IMG/VR virus record: IMGVR_UViG_3300030095_005897
Coordinates: 1 to 49,445 of that record
Strand: one strand, 5' to 3'
DNA length: 49,445 nucleotides
Source of the DNA: a virus
Lineage: Duplodnaviria; Caudoviricetes
A model generated the notes under the pieces. The model was not told where the DNA came from. It saw nothing but the letters and a program-made list of their open reading frames with translations, and did no database searches. The first letter of the stretch is position 1. Each line of letters opens with the position of its first letter. The translations under genes and the position numbers were made by a program. Shown in pieces: positions 8,200 through 17,975 of the stretch.

Positions 8200-10467
8200 A
8201 TGAACCAATTAGATAGTGGATTCAATCAAATCCTGACGGCGGCTAAAGAACGTCGAGGTGATTTGTCGGTAGACACAATGATTGTAAGTTCGCATCTAGC
8301 ACAGATGAGGATGTTCATGCTTCGACGTGGTATTGAGTTCTACGCTGATCAAGATAGCTTCGGTTATAGAAAAGAATTTATTGCAAAAGTATGTGAGCAT
8401 AATATGCTCGACATGAAGTTGGATAGCATTGTCGATTATTTTCTTTGTGATGGACAGGGGTTGTTTTACTTCCGTCCAGTTGGAGACGATTATCAACTTT
8501 TATATTTTCCTAAAAACAACTATCGAGCGTTTAGGGATCAAAACAATAACTTATCTAGTATTGTTTTAATTTATTCCTTTAACGTGCAAGGAAATCAATC
8601 ACTAGATATGTTTGCCAACAGTGATGGAAGAGGAGGAAAGAAAAAATATATCAAGCTACAGGTATATAAAGATCGTATTGAACAAACAGTATCAGATGAA
8701 AAGATTGAATTTGAGTCTGCGCTAGGTGGACCTGTAATGAGCATGCCAGGTCAAACAACAACATTAACCAATAGCCTTGGGTTTATTCCTGCTGTAGAAG
8801 TTTTTAATCATATGGACTGTACCGGAGAAGCCACCGGTAATGGAGAATTTGAGTGGTTATCAAATCAGATCATGTATCACGATGAGCTGGTTAAAAATGT
8901 GCGAAAGAACTTAAAGTTTTTTGGCAATCCCACATTAATTTCCAGTCGTCCTAAACATGACATTATTGAAAGCGGAGAAGGTGGTGATGGATTTAGGCCA
9001 ACAATTAGCAGCCAGGCTGGTTTTGCTGCAATTGGTCGTAATAGTACAAGGGTCAGTGAGCCTTTCGGAGGTGCTTCTGCATTAGATGGTCAAATTAAAG
9101 TACCTCGTGTCATTGCTAATTTAGAACCGACTGATCGCATTAGTTACTTAACACCGGACAGTGTTAGTGGCGATCAGAATATGTATATCAAACAATATAG
9201 GTCAGAAATTAGGTTAGCCCTTGGTGGTGTGGACGACATTGATTTTGGAACAGCCGCAACTGCTTATGAAATCAAAACACTATATGGACGTGTTGCATCA
9301 ACAGCAGAGAAAAAAGCAAGAGCCTTATTTACTTATGGATTATGTAGGCTTTTCTCTTTAATGATCCAACATGAAGAAAGAATGTTCAATGAAAGCTTTG
9401 CAGTTGCTATTGGTCTTCAAAAACCAGAAATTCCATTGAAAGAAGACTTTCAAAATCCCGAAGAGTTTCAAGCAGCTAATGATAAGTACATGAAAGCTTT
9501 TGCATTATATGAAAATCAAAGGACAGATTCTGTGCGTGCTACACTTGAATCAGGCGAAATGCCTGATGGTGTAACTGGTCTAATTCCAGACGGCAGCACT
9601 AAAGTTAGTTGGCGTTGGATGGGCGAAGTTTTCGAGGAAAGTTCTGACGAAATTCTTCAAAACAGTATTGTTGTACGGAACCTCCAAGAAGCAGGCGTCG
9701 GTTCTATCGAAGCTCTGAAATATCTTTTCCCAAATAAAACGGAAGAAGAACGTTCAGCAATGTTATCTGGCTTCCCATTCCGCGTTGTCCAACAAACACA
9801 ACAAAGCATTAATCAATTTATCGGGTTACTTGGTTCTTTATTCCAATTGCCCCATCCACAGACGCCAGATAAACCTTTAGCGTCTGATCCAAACCTTGAC
9901 ATTACAGGGTTTTTATACAAATCACTTGAGTATTTACGTAAGGAGTTAAGTTACAGTGGAAAGTACAAACCAAGTAGCTCAGACAGCAGTACAGCCAAGC
10001 TCTCCGATGCAGACCAGCGTCGCGCAGCCCTCGGCCGCACAGTACGCGACGAGCCAACCCCAGACATTCCAGGCATCACCGGCACCCCAGGCTCCGGTGG
10101 CACCCCAGGCTCCGGCTTACCAGGCAGCGGCCCCGGTAGCGCAGCCTTCGGCAGGGAATCCATGGCAGGAAGCGTTCCAGGCGCTGAGCGCATCTTTGAA
10201 TACAAGCAGCCCCTCCCAAACCCAGGTTCCGTACTCGGCGTACCAGACACCAACGCCACAGGCCAATACCCAAGCCAACTGGGCTTCAACTCAGCCACGG
10301 CCTCAAGCCCAGTATTCGGCAGCCCCGACTTACAGTCCCCAAGCTTCAACCCAGGCTTACGCGCAGCAGCAAATGCAGCCACAGGTCGCCCAACAGGCAG
10401 AACGTCAGGTGCAGGCAGCTCCAGCCGCCGACGCGTATCTAAGCCAAATCAGCGATCAAAGTCTTGA
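8200..10467 (+). CDS. portal protein with long G/P/S-rich C-terminal extension
   Basis: size, position between TerL and scaffold/capsid, NSLGFIPAVEVFN and FFGNPTLIS portal-like segments. Confidence 0.75.
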   Translation: MNQLDSGFNQILTAAKERRGDLSVDTMIVSSHLAQMRMFMLRRGIEFYADQDSFGYRKEFIAKVCEHNMLDMKLDSIVDYFLCDGQGLFYFRPVGDDYQLLYFPKNNYRAFRDQNNNLSSIVLIYSFNVQGNQSLDMFANSDGRGGKKKYIKLQVYKDRIEQTVSDEKIEFESALGGPVMSMPGQTTTLTNSLGFIPAVEVFNHMDCTGEATGNGEFEWLSNQIMYHDELVKNVRKNLKFFGNPTLISSRPKHDIIESGEGGDGFRPTISSQAGFAAIGRNSTRVSEPFGGASALDGQIKVPRVIANLEPTDRISYLTPDSVSGDQNMYIKQYRSEIRLALGGVDDIDFGTAATAYEIKTLYGRVASTAEKKARALFTYGLCRLFSLMIQHEERMFNESFAVAIGLQKPEIPLKEDFQNPEEFQAANDKYMKAFALYENQRTDSVRATLESGEMPDGVTGLIPDGSTKVSWRWMGEVFEESSDEILQNSIVVRNLQEAGVGSIEALKYLFPNKTEEERSAMLSGFPFRVVQQTQQSINQFIGLLGSLFQLPHPQTPDKPLASDPNLDITGFLYKSLEYLRKELSYSGKYKPSSSDSSTAKLSDADQRRAALGRTVRDEPTPDIPGITGTPGSGGTPGSGLPGSGPGSAAFGRESMAGSVPGAERIFEYKQPLPNPGSVLGVPDTNATGQYPSQLGFNSATASSPVFGSPDLQSPSFNPGLRAAANAATGRPTGRTSGAGSSSRRRVSKPNQRSKS
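9940..9945 (+). promoter_or_regulatory. Shine-Dalgarno for internal GTG start at 9956
   Basis: AAGGAG 10 nt before GTG. Confidence 0.6.
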
Positions 10468-10963
10468 AGTTCTTGAACATTTTGGCGCTGAAGCCCCTGC
10501 TCTATTAAATCAGTATGCATGTGCTGTAGAAGATGCTCTGATTGAGCAGGTTCAACGCGGTCAGTCCAACTCTTTGCTACTGAAAGCTGCTGGTGAAGAA
10601 CGTGCCGCAATGAATCTGATGCTGACAAACCCCGATGTGTTGGCAGATTATGTCAACGAGTTCTTTGGTCCTAACGGTCCTTATCCAACAGAAACAGCTG
10701 AAGAAACTGCAGCGCGTCAACAGCATGAAGCACGAGCACAGTTCGAAGCTGAAATTGAAGCTCAAGAAAAAGGTCGTGTGCCTCAGTCATTCAATCGCCC
10801 TGAAATGACGATGCCTACACCAGGCCGTAACGTTAATGCATCCCAAGACTTCTGGGGTGGATTTAGCGAAATGATGGATAACAATCCAGAGCAGGCTTGG
10901 CAGTATCTGGCTCAAGCTCCTCAAGGTGCACTAAGTGCCAAGATGTTAGTTCAAGACGTCTGA
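9956..10963 (+). CDS. putative capsid scaffolding protein overlapping the portal 3' end
   Basis: 335 aa, Q/A/P-rich N-half, helical acidic C-half, SD-supported GTG, position after portal. Confidence 0.7.
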   Translation: MESTNQVAQTAVQPSSPMQTSVAQPSAAQYATSQPQTFQASPAPQAPVAPQAPAYQAAAPVAQPSAGNPWQEAFQALSASLNTSSPSQTQVPYSAYQTPTPQANTQANWASTQPRPQAQYSAAPTYSPQASTQAYAQQQMQPQVAQQAERQVQAAPAADAYLSQISDQSLEVLEHFGAEAPALLNQYACAVEDALIEQVQRGQSNSLLLKAAGEERAAMNLMLTNPDVLADYVNEFFGPNGPYPTETAEETAARQQHEARAQFEAEIEAQEKGRVPQSFNRPEMTMPTPGRNVNASQDFWGGFSEMMDNNPEQAWQYLAQAPQGALSAKMLVQDV

Positions 10964-10970
10964 TTAAAAC

Positions 10971-11000
10971 TGTAAGGGGATGTTAATAGCATCCCCTACA
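10971..11000 (+). terminator. stem-loop after scaffold gene (terminator or 3' stabiliser)
   Basis: TGTAAGGGGATG...CATCCCCTACA inverted repeat; no clear U-tract. Confidence 0.5.
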
Positions 11001-11026
11001 ATGTAATTAATGAGTATGTAAATCAA

Positions 11027-11503
11027 ATGCAAGATCCACGTCTATTAACTTCACGGGAATTTTTAGGTGCATCTTTAGCGCACAATGGAATTCCTGGCAT
11101 GGCACGAACATCAGCGCCGGAAGTGCCAAATATGTATTCAGGTCCTGATGCTCAAGTTGGTATGAATCACCAGCCTACGAGTCAAGACCGGTTGAAGCTT
11201 CAGAGTTTTAATCAAAATGCAAATACAGCAGTTTCAGGTGCACAAGCAAATGCAGTGCAACAAACACGGAGAGATCAATTAGTTACTGATAATCAAGCTT
11301 ATCGTACACAGCAAGTTTTTAGCAGTTATATGGAAGACGTTTTAGCTGAAACTGGCAGTGATGCTATTAAGGCAATGGGTAATCAAACTCCTATTGAAAG
11401 CAAGAAATTCAGAACTGATATTGCTACTCAAAAAGCCATGACAATGGGAATTAATCCCAATTTAATTCTGAACGCACTAGAACAAAATCGCCATATGGCC
11501 TAA
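11027..11503 (+). CDS. hypothetical protein
   Basis: 158-aa ORF, TACAAT 24 nt upstream. Confidence 0.65.
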   Translation: MQDPRLLTSREFLGASLAHNGIPGMARTSAPEVPNMYSGPDAQVGMNHQPTSQDRLKLQSFNQNANTAVSGAQANAVQQTRRDQLVTDNQAYRTQQVFSSYMEDVLAETGSDAIKAMGNQTPIESKKFRTDIATQKAMTMGINPNLILNALEQNRHMA

Positions 11504-11540
11504 TTAGATACAATAAAGAAGTTAATAATAGACATCAATT

Positions 11541-11831
11541 GTGCGTTTAGCTGGAGAACAAACTAAACACGATCCTGAGGTGTTTCAAACAATTTGGAAA
11601 CACTTAAAAACAGATGGCGTGCCAGACCAGGCAGCAAATCACCTGACTGCTGAAATGCTTCATCATGGTGAAGATTTAGATAGTTCAATTGAACAATATG
11701 AGCGCAACTACAGTAATTACCGGGAGAAAGGTTATAACGAACATGCCGCACAAGCTATGGCAGTTGAATCACTAGAAACGGGAGAAAATCCAGAAGAAAG
11801 TATTCGTTTTGCAAGAATCTATGCTCAGTAG
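11541..11831 (+). CDS. hypothetical protein with internal helical duplication
   Basis: 96 aa, GVPDQAANHL / GYNEHAAQAM repeat; TACAAT 26 nt upstream. Confidence 0.6.
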   Translation: MRLAGEQTKHDPEVFQTIWKHLKTDGVPDQAANHLTAEMLHHGEDLDSSIEQYERNYSNYREKGYNEHAAQAMAVESLETGENPEESIRFARIYAQ

Positions 11832-11845
11832 ATTAAAATATATAA

Positions 11846-11874
11846 TTGACTAAAACATACTTTTAGACTAATAT
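11846..11874 (+). promoter_or_regulatory. host sigma70-type promoter for the sigma factor gene
   Basis: TTGACT-17 nt-TAATAT; an alternative TAGACT hexamer at 11864-11869. Confidence 0.5.
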
Positions 11875-11897
11875 TAAGTGTGTAGAGAAACATTTAT

Positions 11898-12836
11898 ATG
11901 CCACAAACAAAACTTTCAGGTGACTCAGTTCGTGCATATCTTAGAGATATTGGTCGGATTCCTCTTTTAGAGCATGAAGAAGAAATTCTGCTCGGAAGAA
12001 AAGTCCAAAGGCTAATGGAATTGCAAGAAAAGAAAAAAGTCTTGGAAATTTGTGATGAAGAGCTTGCAGAGCATTTGGAAATCCCTTTTAGCCAACTTAA
12101 GCGGGAGCTTCGAGATGGAACTAAAGCCAAAGACAAGATGGTCACTGCAAACCTTCGGCTGGTTGTGTCAGTCGCTAAGAAATACACCAAGCGCAATATG
12201 GAATTGCTCGACATTATCCAAGAAGGAACGATTGGTCTCGTGCGTGGTGTGGAAAAGTTTGATCCTGGTCGTGGTTATAAGTTCTCTACCTACGCTTATT
12301 GGTGGATCAGGCAAGGGATCACTCGCGCAATCGCTGAAAAGTCGCGGGCGATCAGGTTACCAATTCATGTTACAGAAAACCTCAACAAGCTTAAGAAAGC
12401 CCAGCGTGAATTAAGTCAGCTTAATGGTGAAATGCCTAATGTCTTTCAGTTGTCGGAGTACTTGAATTTGTCTGTAGAAGAAATCAAAGATTTAATGTGT
12501 AAGGCACGGCAACCAACATCACTGGAAATAAAGATCGGAGAAAATCGAGACACCGCATTGATCGATTTACTGGAAGATGAAACCCAGCTGCCTGATCTAT
12601 TACTTGAACGATCATTCATCAAAGAAGATGTACAGGAGTTAATTGACGAATTACCGGAGATGCAAGGTGCAGTTATTGCAATGCGCTACGGAATTGGGGA
12701 TAATTGTTTAGAGCCAATGTCAATGACAGCCATTGGTCAGCTGTTAAATATGTCAAGAGATAGAGTTCGAACACTAGAACAGAAAGCGATCCGTAATCTA
12801 CGAGAAATGAAGTTTGAAATTGGCGGCTATCTGTAA
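11898..12836 (+). CDS. RpoD/SigA-family RNA polymerase sigma factor, cyanobacterial group 1/2-like
   Basis: region 1.2 [16 protein letters not shown], region 2 [13 protein letters not shown] and [20 protein letters not shown], regions 3 and 4 present. Confidence 0.95.
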   Translation: MPQTKLSGDSVRAYLRDIGRIPLLEHEEEILLGRKVQRLMELQEKKKVLEICDEELAEHLEIPFSQLKRELRDGTKAKDKMVTANLRLVVSVAKKYTKRNMELLDIIQEGTIGLVRGVEKFDPGRGYKFSTYAYWWIRQGITRAIAEKSRAIRLPIHVTENLNKLKKAQRELSQLNGEMPNVFQLSEYLNLSVEEIKDLMCKARQPTSLEIKIGENRDTALIDLLEDETQLPDLLLERSFIKEDVQELIDELPEMQGAVIAMRYGIGDNCLEPMSMTAIGQLLNMSRDRVRTLEQKAIRNLREMKFEIGGYL

Positions 12837-12869
12837 ATTACAATAAATATAGGTGTAAGCAATGTTGTA

Positions 12870-13547
12870 ATGGATGTCACGACTGAAGTTAATAACTCAC
12901 TCATATCTATGGGTGGCAGCGGTACTACGTATGCGCCTTATTTGGCGAGTGCAAAAACGTTAAACTATGCAGCCGATAAATCATCTATCCATAATGCAGC
13001 GATAGAGACGATTACTGCAATACCTTTCTCATTGAATTACAAAGATAGTATTGGATTGTTTGGAACTGAAAACGTCTTTATCAAGCTGCAGTTAAACGTT
13101 ATCAGTTCAACCTCATTATTTTCGAATATTACAACCATTGAAAATGATTATCTACCTGTATGGACGTTTTTCGAAAATACAGTAGTCAACACATATGAAA
13201 GCGGGGTTTTAGACTTCGCAACCATTGAAGGGACAGTGAATACTTACGAATCAGCAGAAATAAATAATGACTTATCGGTGTTTGCAAACTTATATGTTCG
13301 TGTTGATCTAAAGAACTTAAAAACTGGAAACAAGTATATTGACAGTTGGTTCGACGTTCGTATATATACACGGGATAAACAGGAATTTCCATATGACACT
13401 ATTTATTTAAACAGAAATGATTACATCTATCTAGGGTTCCATGCACGGAATACTAAACGTTTACCGTATAACGTTGAAGTAGACATTGGAAATGAGTATC
13501 TTGAGTACGATGATTTAACAAGTGCTCAAAAAAAGCAATCAGTTTGA
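12870..13547 (+). CDS. hypothetical protein, possibly structural
   Basis: 225-aa beta-rich ORF, TACAAT 25 nt upstream. Confidence 0.6.
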   Translation: MDVTTEVNNSLISMGGSGTTYAPYLASAKTLNYAADKSSIHNAAIETITAIPFSLNYKDSIGLFGTENVFIKLQLNVISSTSLFSNITTIENDYLPVWTFFENTVVNTYESGVLDFATIEGTVNTYESAEINNDLSVFANLYVRVDLKNLKTGNKYIDSWFDVRIYTRDKQEFPYDTIYLNRNDYIYLGFHARNTKRLPYNVEVDIGNEYLEYDDLTSAQKKQSV

Positions 13548-14216
13548 ATCTTCTAAAATATCAATACATTCTTCGAGCAACTGTGCTTTAGTATGCCCAT
13601 CGACTAAATCGAAGCCAAGCTCCACTGCCCAACTTAACAGCTGCTTTTTAGTCATTTTTTTAAGTTCTTCAACTGTAGTAGTGACTTCAATAATACTTTC
13701 ACTTTTCTCTTCAGCAGGATCTGCATCGACAGCTGTAGAAACTTCAACAGAAGGCTGAGAAACAATTTCAGGTAGAACAGTAACTTGCATCGTTGACTGC
13801 TCGATTGCTGTAGGTACGGGCTCTTCTACTTGAGGTAGACCGGCTAACGTTCGCTTAAGTACAGATCCACCACTAATCTTGGAGAACTGATACTCAACTA
13901 ATACCTCAGTTGTGTTAGCAGAAACAACAGCAATACGCTCAAGATGACATTTTGGAAAAGTGAAGTTGCCAAAGCCGTCGTGTCGAATTTCAACATGCAT
14001 ACCACCTTTGACATGAGGTACAACCAAACGAACAACAGCACCATTATTAAGTTCAACACGGAAAATTGCACAATCGATATACTGACTACCTGCACGATTC
14101 CACCAACGAATAAAACGATTAACAGTTCCTCGTGCTGGTTGAATAAGTTTAATTCTCCCTTCCGTATTATTTTCAATAACGTGATTACCACCTTTAAAGA
14201 CAACTCTATCAGTCAT
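13539..14216 (-). CDS. hypothetical protein with C-terminal Rho-N/HeH-like helical motif
   Basis: ELKKMTKKQLLSWAVELG....TKAQLL after an acidic linker. Confidence 0.6.
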   Translation of the reverse strand: MTDRVVFKGGNHVIENNTEGRIKLIQPARGTVNRFIRWWNRAGSQYIDCAIFRVELNNGAVVRLVVPHVKGGMHVEIRHDGFGNFTFPKCHLERIAVVSANTTEVLVEYQFSKISGGSVLKRTLAGLPQVEEPVPTAIEQSTMQVTVLPEIVSQPSVEVSTAVDADPAEEKSESIIEVTTTVEELKKMTKKQLLSWAVELGFDLVDGHTKAQLLEECIDILEDSN

Positions 14217-14244
14217 TTGATTGTTCTAAATATCTTTTTTTATT

Positions 14245-14613
14245 TTAGTCTGTTTTGAGGTCTGATAGTTTTACCCAATGTAGATTATTGGCTCGACAAT
14301 CAGCACGATTACCATTGATATGATGAATACGACTACAGCCTTTCGTTCGTCCATACGGTGTAGGAGGCATTCCTAGAAAAGCATAGGCAACAAGAACATG
14401 TATTTGTACAGTAAGAATGCTTCGCCTGCCAATTCGTTGAGTTAAATTCACTGTTAAGTATCCATTCTTTTTAAGTTTAGGTTTCAAGAGTCTTTCTATT
14501 TCTCCCTTAGTACTTTTTACATCACCTTTTTCATTTACGTAGTATTCAATACAGCTTTCAAAACCTGGCAATGTATGAACAGGAACCCATACATCGCAAT
14601 CAATAAATTCCAT
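14245..14613 (-). CDS. NUMOD4-HNH endonuclease-like protein, possibly degenerate
   Basis: WVPV..PGF..YYVNEKGDVKS, GYLTVNL, IHVLVAYAF, HHINGNRADCRANNLHWV. Confidence 0.75.
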   Translation of the reverse strand: MEFIDCDVWVPVHTLPGFESCIEYYVNEKGDVKSTKGEIERLLKPKLKKNGYLTVNLTQRIGRRSILTVQIHVLVAYAFLGMPPTPYGRTKGCSRIHHINGNRADCRANNLHWVKLSDLKTD

Positions 14614-14665
14614 TCCCTAAAATCCTGGGGGACACATTTAATTGTAGACGAACAATAAATTACCA

Positions 14666-14717
14666 TACAATCATGTGACTAAGTCGAAGTCACTCATAAA
14701 CCTTTTAGCTTACGGAG
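14666..14717 (+). promoter_or_regulatory. major capsid promoter and 5' UTR
   Basis: TACAAT 14666-14671, GTGACT/AGTCAC hairpin 14675-14693, GGAG SD 14714-14717. Confidence 0.55.
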
Positions 14718-14726
14718 TTAATCCCT

Positions 14727-15875
14727 ATGTGGATTGATAATGATTTTCCGAAGCTTCTTGGTGCAGAACTGTATCGTCCTCACCCCGCCTACATCATTGA
14801 AATGGCTGTAGAGCCTGTGGTGGTTCACGATTTCTCAAAGCAACCCGGTCAAACTGTTCAGCTTGATCGTTATCGCTTCTGGGGCAAACCTGGCACCAAG
14901 GAGTCCCGTGAGCGGACTGCCGATCAAACACTTGGCACCGCTTCTGCACGCAATATTGTGAAGGACAAAGTGCTGGTGACTCTTCGTGAGTACACCGGTC
15001 CTGCTGATACACGCGATACAGCTGCTCCTTCTACCTTCAAAGTTGCACGTGAGACCCTGATCACTGCCCAGCGCTTGCTGCTGGACACTGGCAACCTCAA
15101 CGTGTTCCACCAGTCCATCGGTTCTCTGACACTGCTCGATGACTATCGTCGTTGGCGTGATCGGGTCTTCGCTAACGAGCTTCTGAAAGCTGAAGCCAAT
15201 GGTGAAGCCAACAAAGAGCAAGGTGGCTATTACCTGCCCGGCAGTAAGGCTAAGGGTGGTTCTGGCGGCACACTGGGTGTGACCTATGCATCCGGCGAGT
15301 CTGCAAAGTTCGATATCACTACTGACCTTCTGGAAGTCGTGAAGGACATGCGCAAGCGTAACGTCCCGACTTTTGCTGATGGCTACTACCGCTGCATCGT
15401 GGATCCGACCGCGATGATGCACCTGCGTCAGAACTCTGACTTCCGCGAGATTGCTCGCTATCCGGGTCAAGGCATGATTAACCCCATGCAACCCAACGCA
15501 GCACCTAATGCCAACTTCTATCAAGGCATGGGTCCTGCATACGGCCAAGCTGGTTTTGTAGCCGGCCAACCCGTTATGCCAACTGGCTTCCTTTTCGAAG
15601 GTGTCCGGTGGTTTGAGTCCACCAACCTGCCTGAAACAACCTACAACCTGATCATTACTGATAAGGCTGCTGGCGCTGCTGACTACACAGCATCTCAGTT
15701 GATCTTCTTCGGTCCTCAGGCTGTCGGCGTCGGCATCGGTGGTAACAACGCTCAGATCCTGTTGAACAACAACGATGACTTCTCTCGTTTCATCATCATG
15801 ATCTGGTCTCTGTTTGCCGGTTTTGAAGTTCTCAACAAGGACTTCATCACGGTTGGTTACTCTTTCGTTTACTGA
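14727..15875 (+). CDS. major capsid protein (N4 gp56-like, HK97 fold)
   Basis: 382 aa, GQTVQLDRY, VTLREYTG, GVRWFESTN, FFGPQAVG motifs; C-ending codon bias typical of high expression. Confidence 0.88.
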   Translation: MWIDNDFPKLLGAELYRPHPAYIIEMAVEPVVVHDFSKQPGQTVQLDRYRFWGKPGTKESRERTADQTLGTASARNIVKDKVLVTLREYTGPADTRDTAAPSTFKVARETLITAQRLLLDTGNLNVFHQSIGSLTLLDDYRRWRDRVFANELLKAEANGEANKEQGGYYLPGSKAKGGSGGTLGVTYASGESAKFDITTDLLEVVKDMRKRNVPTFADGYYRCIVDPTAMMHLRQNSDFREIARYPGQGMINPMQPNAAPNANFYQGMGPAYGQAGFVAGQPVMPTGFLFEGVRWFESTNLPETTYNLIITDKAAGAADYTASQLIFFGPQAVGVGIGGNNAQILLNNNDDFSRFIIMIWSLFAGFEVLNKDFITVGYSFVY

Positions 15876-15891
15876 TAGGAGGTAACTAACA

Positions 15892-16464
15892 ATGTCCGTG
15901 ATTTTTCCTGGTAATTACGTAGCCGACCTCAACGCATACCGCGAACAGGGTGTTTATGCGACCCCTGGTGTTGAGTTCTATCAAGTGCGCGGTGTGGCTC
16001 TGGTAACAGCGAACCTGACTGGTGGTGGCACATTGTCCCCTCAGATTCTGTCTCCTGACCTGCGCCAAGACGATAAGCCCCGTCTCGATAAGGCATTTAA
16101 AGTGCCTGCTGGCTCTACTGTTTATCGCACTGCTATCAACGTCGTGAACCTCAAAGCTTCCGGCACTGATACTGTTCGTGTTGATGGTTTAACTACCACA
16201 ACCAACACTGAAGCTACTTTGACAGCTTCTTCCGGTGTATTCCCCGCTGCTGGTGCAACAACCACCTTCGACTTCGGTACTACCAAGTCCGTCGAGTCTA
16301 GCGAGATCACCATTAGCGCTCCTTACTCCGGTGCTCTGACCATCGATAATACCGATGAGCAAGCATATGTGATCGTTGAGGTGTGCTACTGCAAGGATGC
16401 TGCAGCTCCCGTTGCTGACGACTGCAATGTTCCTTATAAAGTTGAAGCCGGTTCAGGCACCTGA
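15892..16464 (+). CDS. putative capsid decoration/minor capsid protein
   Basis: AGGAGG SD, same codon bias as the capsid gene, followed by a terminator. Confidence 0.6.
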   Translation: MSVIFPGNYVADLNAYREQGVYATPGVEFYQVRGVALVTANLTGGGTLSPQILSPDLRQDDKPRLDKAFKVPAGSTVYRTAINVVNLKASGTDTVRVDGLTTTTNTEATLTASSGVFPAAGATTTFDFGTTKSVESSEITISAPYSGALTIDNTDEQAYVIVEVCYCKDAAAPVADDCNVPYKVEAGSGT

Positions 16465-16484
16465 TCGTTCAACTGATAACAATC

Positions 16485-16510
16485 AAACGCCCTCTTGGGG
16501 GCGTTTTTTT
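16485..16510 (+). terminator. rho-independent terminator
   Basis: AAACGCCCTC-TTG-GGGGCGTTT stem followed by T-run. Confidence 0.85.
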
Positions 16511-16544
16511 GTGCCTATAATATTAGGGAAGACAAGAATAGATT

Positions 16545-16976
16545 ATGTCAAACTTATTTCAAGACTCAAAGACAGGTAAATTAGTTGAGTTTATCAATAA
16601 GCACGATAAAGAGTATGCAATGGTACGTGATGCTGGTGGCAATATTACGTATGTAGGGATTGATCAGTTAGTTCCTTATGACCGAGAAAAAGGTCGGTTA
16701 GCCAAAGTAGCAGCGCCTCAAATTGCACCAGAACCTGAAGAGCAACTGCCTACAACCGTCGTCCCTATTGAAGATGCACGTTTAAATCTTAATACGGCTC
16801 CTGCAGAACAAATTGCAAAACGTTTGCCAGGTGTTGGTTATGCAACTGCAAAACGGATTGTTGAATTACGTATGTCATTATCAGGTGAGCGATTTGCAAA
16901 TTTATCACAGCTAGAAAATATTCCACGAGTTAACTGGGAACAATTAATCGAAGAGGATTTGATTTTTATTAGTTAA
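16545..16976 (+). CDS. helix-hairpin-helix (ComEA-like) DNA-binding protein
   Basis: LNLNTAPAEQIAKRLPGVGYATAKRIVELR. Confidence 0.8.
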   Translation: MSNLFQDSKTGKLVEFINKHDKEYAMVRDAGGNITYVGIDQLVPYDREKGRLAKVAAPQIAPEPEEQLPTTVVPIEDARLNLNTAPAEQIAKRLPGVGYATAKRIVELRMSLSGERFANLSQLENIPRVNWEQLIEEDLIFIS

Positions 16977-17005
16977 ACTAGTACTAGTATTATCAAAAGA
17001 GATAG

Positions 17006-17443
17006 ATGCTCACTATTGAAGAAGCACTGCTATTTCAAGCTGTAAAAGACGAAGAGGATCGCGAAGCGGCGATTCAACAAGCTGCAGTAGCAGGCGGTTT
17101 AGGAGGTGCTGGAATCGGTGTGCTGGGTGGCACAGTTCCTCATTCAATTGGAAATACAATTAATAGAGTAAAAGATGGATTAGCAGCTAAACAAGGTTTA
17201 TCTCCAAGAGTTCCATATGGAACACGTTTAAAGCCAGGTTTTCGAATGGCAGGTGGTTTAACAGGTTTAATTTTAGGTGGAGGACTTGGAGCTGGAACTG
17301 CTGCGTTAATGAAAAAAGATTCAGAAGCAGGGCAAGTGTTAGCAAGCATTCAAGCTAATAGTGGCCAAGTAAGTGCTGATGATGCTCGACGTTTGGAAAT
17401 GATATTGGGTGATATCTACAATAATCCTTCTCAGGTAGTGTAA
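17006..17443 (+). CDS. Gly-rich hydrophobic protein, possible virion or membrane protein
   Basis: two glycine-zipper-like segments. Confidence 0.55.
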   Translation: MLTIEEALLFQAVKDEEDREAAIQQAAVAGGLGGAGIGVLGGTVPHSIGNTINRVKDGLAAKQGLSPRVPYGTRLKPGFRMAGGLTGLILGGGLGAGTAALMKKDSEAGQVLASIQANSGQVSADDARRLEMILGDIYNNPSQVV

Positions 17444-17940
17444 TGGAACTCAACGAATACGACAAATCACGAGTTAGGTTCCATTTAGGCTTTAACGTCG
17501 GTGCTCAGATCCCTGCTGGCGATCGAGCCAGACTAGAAGAAGCATTATCGTTAATCCCAGATGAATACTGGTTAGAGCAAGTCAACTATCATATTCAACG
17601 ATGTGACAATGCTTGGAAAGTAAGTGCATATTTTCCAGACGATATTTTAGATCCGAATGGAACTGGTGTTGTCAACTTTTCACGTCAGGAAGTTATTTCA
17701 GGCGATGTTCAAAGGACAATCAATACATCTGATCCACTTAAAGGCGACGAATACTATCGTGAAATTTATTTGCGTGAATGCGATCGATTAGCCGAGACGT
17801 TGTATGTACCTAATTATCGGCGTCCTGAAGTCAGACGATATGCCTTTGAACGAACTGGTGCAGAATTTATCATGGCAATTCCTGGTCCAGCAGATACAGC
17901 TGTTGGTTCACGGATTCAACTAAATCAAAGTTGGAGATAA
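17443..17940 (+). CDS. putative head-tail adaptor
   Basis: DKSRVRFHLG N-terminus reminiscent of adaptor proteins; position after capsid genes. Confidence 0.5.
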   Translation: MELNEYDKSRVRFHLGFNVGAQIPAGDRARLEEALSLIPDEYWLEQVNYHIQRCDNAWKVSAYFPDDILDPNGTGVVNFSRQEVISGDVQRTINTSDPLKGDEYYREIYLRECDRLAETLYVPNYRRPEVRRYAFERTGAEFIMAIPGPADTAVGSRIQLNQSWR

Positions 17941-17975
17941 TTGTAGAATAGATTTAGATAATTACAGATAGCACT

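Noticed and set aside
9951-10382. Third (antisense) reading frame in the portal/scaffold overlap
   Set aside because: GC-rich sequence depletes stops; no recognisable product or start signals
11898-12836. Sigma factor as evidence of host chromosome or a prophage boundary
   Set aside because: Flanked on both sides by phage head genes with the same promoter style; no other host housekeeping genes
14835-15569. 244-aa antisense ORF over the capsid gene
   Set aside because: Shadow ORF expected from biased codon usage; no motifs or expression signals
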